A DNA stretch of 37,089 bases from a virus. Taxonomy: Duplodnaviria; Caudoviricetes. The position numbers were made by a program, and so were the translations under genes. The notes under the pieces were generated by a model that was given only the letters and a program-made list of their open reading frames with translations, had not been told where the DNA came from and did no database searches. The stretch lies in the IMG/VR virus record IMGVR_UViG_3300044676_006175, positions 1 to 37,089 of that record. The stretch is one strand, 5' to 3'. Numbering within the stretch: the stretch's first letter is position 1; every line of letters begins with the position of its first letter. This document shows positions 35,280 through 37,089 of the stretch, piece after piece.

Positions 35280-37089
35280 ATGTCTCAATTTATTAATGAC
35301 CCTAAAAGTGAAGTAGTAGATCGACTTCGGCAGGCTTACTTAGATGAGTTTAATATTGATACCTCTAACTTTTCTAATGAGTCACTAATATATAAATATG
35401 GCCAAGACCTAGAGAAATCTGGGCTTACCATGTCGGGCATTGAGGAGAAGCATGGTGCTCTATTTAAAGACCAATACTACGATGTAAAGAATCGGGCTAG
35501 ACCAGATCAAGGATACTTCGATGATATGGGCGATGCCCTGTCTAGTTCCTTTAGTGGACTTAAGTCTACTGCGGTAGGAGGTCTTGGTTTAGGGTTAGGT
35601 CAATTAGGTTTTGAGGGAGCAGAGGATTACCTTATGGGTAAGGCTGCTGAATACCAGCAGGAGGCTGGGGAAAGTAGACCTACAATCGGTAGCCTTGGTG
35701 ATGTAAGATGGAATAGACCTGAGGAAGTATTACGTTGGTTGTCTGGTGCGATCGGTGAAGTTACGCCAAGTACACTGGAGTCACTGGGTGCTGCTGCTCT
35801 TGGTGGAGGTATAGGTGGTATAGCTGCCAAGAGCTTAGCTAAGAAAGCCATCAAGAAGTCCATTCAAGAAAGAATTAAAGACAAGACTGCAAGTGAGGCG
35901 GTTAAAGATTTAAGTGGTGCATGGAGACAAGGTTTTGCCAGAGGATCCGCAGTCGGGTTGGGTACTTCCTCATTCACTTTAAGCACGGGGGAGATATACA
36001 CAGAGCTATATCCATACACTAAACTAAATCCCGGTAATCCAGACTACATAGACCCACAGGATGCACGTAATATATCCACAGGATTTGGTGCAGTTGCAGG
36101 TGGACTAGATGCTTTTGGTGCGGGTAAATTACTTAGTAGACTTTTAAAAGTACCAGAAGGCACTGCATCTAAGTATTGGACAAGTGTTCTTAGAAGTTTA
36201 CCAGAGGGTATTTTTGTTGAGGGTGGCACTGAGGTTGCTCAAGAGATGATTAACTTGGTTGCTGAAAAGTATGCCCGTGGTATGGAGATTGATTTCTCCG
36301 ATCAAGAGATCGTTAGACTTATAGATGCTGGTGTACTTGGTGCTCTTGGTGGTTCTCAGTTCGCACTCATTGGCAATGTAAATAAGATAGGTGGAAACGA
36401 TCCTAAGGACACTGATACAGAAGAGATCACTAAACAGCCAGACCCTCAGGTTGAGCTGACGGATGCACTCAAGGACACTAGGGGTACTGAATCTCAAAGG
36501 TACTCTGAGGGGGATGACGTACAATTTGTAAATGACAAGGGTGAATCGGAAGAGGGTAAAGTAACACGAACTTATGGGGATCGTGCGGAAGTGGTATTAG
36601 CCGATGGCACAATCCAAGATATGCCCGCATGGAAGTTATCTAATCCAACGATTAAGCCCGAGGAGCAAATAGATGAAACTCCTAAACCAAAACCTGTTGA
36701 AGCAGTAGAGCCCACAGAGAAACCATCTGTAAATCAACAGCAAGCAGAGCAAATTAACTTCACCTCAACCAAGGAGTATGAAGAGCTTAGCGTAGATGAT
36801 CAGAAGATTGCTTATGGTATAGAGAACCTAGTCAATAACTACGCCAACGAGGAAACTACTGGTCTTGAATTACTGGATACAGTAAGTCAGGTTGCCCCAG
36901 AGTACGCCAAGAGTAAGTATGGTCCATCATTCGCTCTAACCGAGGAGGCTAAGAACTTAACCATAGACCAAGTTATAGCGGACGCTAAGGCTAAGTTTCA
37001 GTCAAGGTTCGGGAAGAAGCTTACACCTGTAGAGCAACCAACCGAGAGAACAGATGAAACTCTAGCACTCAAGGTAGGGGATAAGGATG
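35280..37089 (+). CDS. Large internal virion/ejection protein, N-terminal >600 aa (3' truncated; absent from ORF track)
   Basis: Open frame from ATG 35280 (MSQFINDPKSEVVDRLRQAYL...) to the window end. Gly/Ala-rich hydrophobic helices (LGAAALGGGIGGIAAK; EGGTEVAQEMI; AGVLGALGG) typical of large ejection/polyvalent proteins, then an SH3/Tudor-like segment. Confidence 0.8.
   Translation, partial: MSQFINDPKSEVVDRLRQAYLDEFNIDTSNFSNESLIYKYGQDLEKSGLTMSGIEEKHGALFKDQYYDVKNRARPDQGYFDDMGDALSSSFSGLKSTAVGGLGLGLGQLGFEGAEDYLMGKAAEYQQEAGESRPTIGSLGDVRWNRPEEVLRWLSGAIGEVTPSTLESLGAAALGGGIGGIAAKSLAKKAIKKSIQERIKDKTASEAVKDLSGAWRQGFARGSAVGLGTSSFTLSTGEIYTELYPYTKLNPGNPDYIDPQDARNISTGFGAVAGGLDAFGAGKLLSRLLKVPEGTASKYWTSVLRSLPEGIFVEGGTEVAQEMINLVAEKYARGMEIDFSDQEIVRLIDAGVLGALGGSQFALIGNVNKIGGNDPKDTDTEEITKQPDPQVELTDALKDTRGTESQRYSEGDDVQFVNDKGESEEGKVTRTYGDRAEVVLADGTIQDMPAWKLSNPTIKPEEQIDETPKPKPVEAVEPTEKPSVNQQQAEQINFTSTKEYEELSVDDQKIAYGIENLVNNYANEETTGLELLDTVSQVAPEYAKSKYGPSFALTEEAKNLTIDQVIADAKAKFQSRFGKKLTPVEQPTERTDETLALKVGDKD

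Noticed and set aside
79-36524. Minus-strand ORFs and short nested plus-strand ORFs in the track
   Set aside because: All lie within long, motif-bearing plus-strand genes and have no recognisable motifs; treated as shadow ORFs.
36558-36584. Seventh box at AGTAACACG (36560)
   Set aside because: Only a half-site: there is no matching right arm at the 6-nt spacing, and it lies in coding sequence.
1-37089. Stop-codon reassignment, tRNA/rRNA genes, introns or inteins
   Set aside because: Genes tile tightly under the standard code with TAA, TGA and TAG all used as stops. Gaps are too short or lack cloverleaf motifs, and TerL and portal appear uninterrupted.

Overview
This window is a segment of a tailed dsDNA phage or prophage, with every credible gene on the + strand. 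It starts with the 3' part of a tyrosine recombinase, followed by small HTH genes, small and large terminase, portal, scaffold and a large major capsid protein. Next come two holin-like genes, head-tail adaptor and tail-tubular/stabilisation proteins, and a ~14 kb block of modular fibre/adhesin genes that includes a 1978-aa Ig-repeat protein. It ends in three ejection/internal virion proteins, the last running off the window. No sheath, tail tube or tape-measure gene is recognisable, so a podovirus-like virion is inferred. An aquatic, possibly Verrucomicrobiota, host is a weak inference only. The strongest unexplained signal is a 24-bp imperfect palindrome (TGTAACACG-N6-CGTGTWACA) in five of the seven intergenic gaps over 20 nt. 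Each copy overlaps or abuts a sigma70-like promoter, three of which appear leaderless, and the best copy overlaps the recombinase stop codon. Other signals are a cryptic out-of-frame extension at the junction of two ejection genes, repeated domain-within-domain insertions in virion proteins, and a set of shared docking motifs across the fibre genes. All product calls come from motif recognition and synteny; no searches were run.
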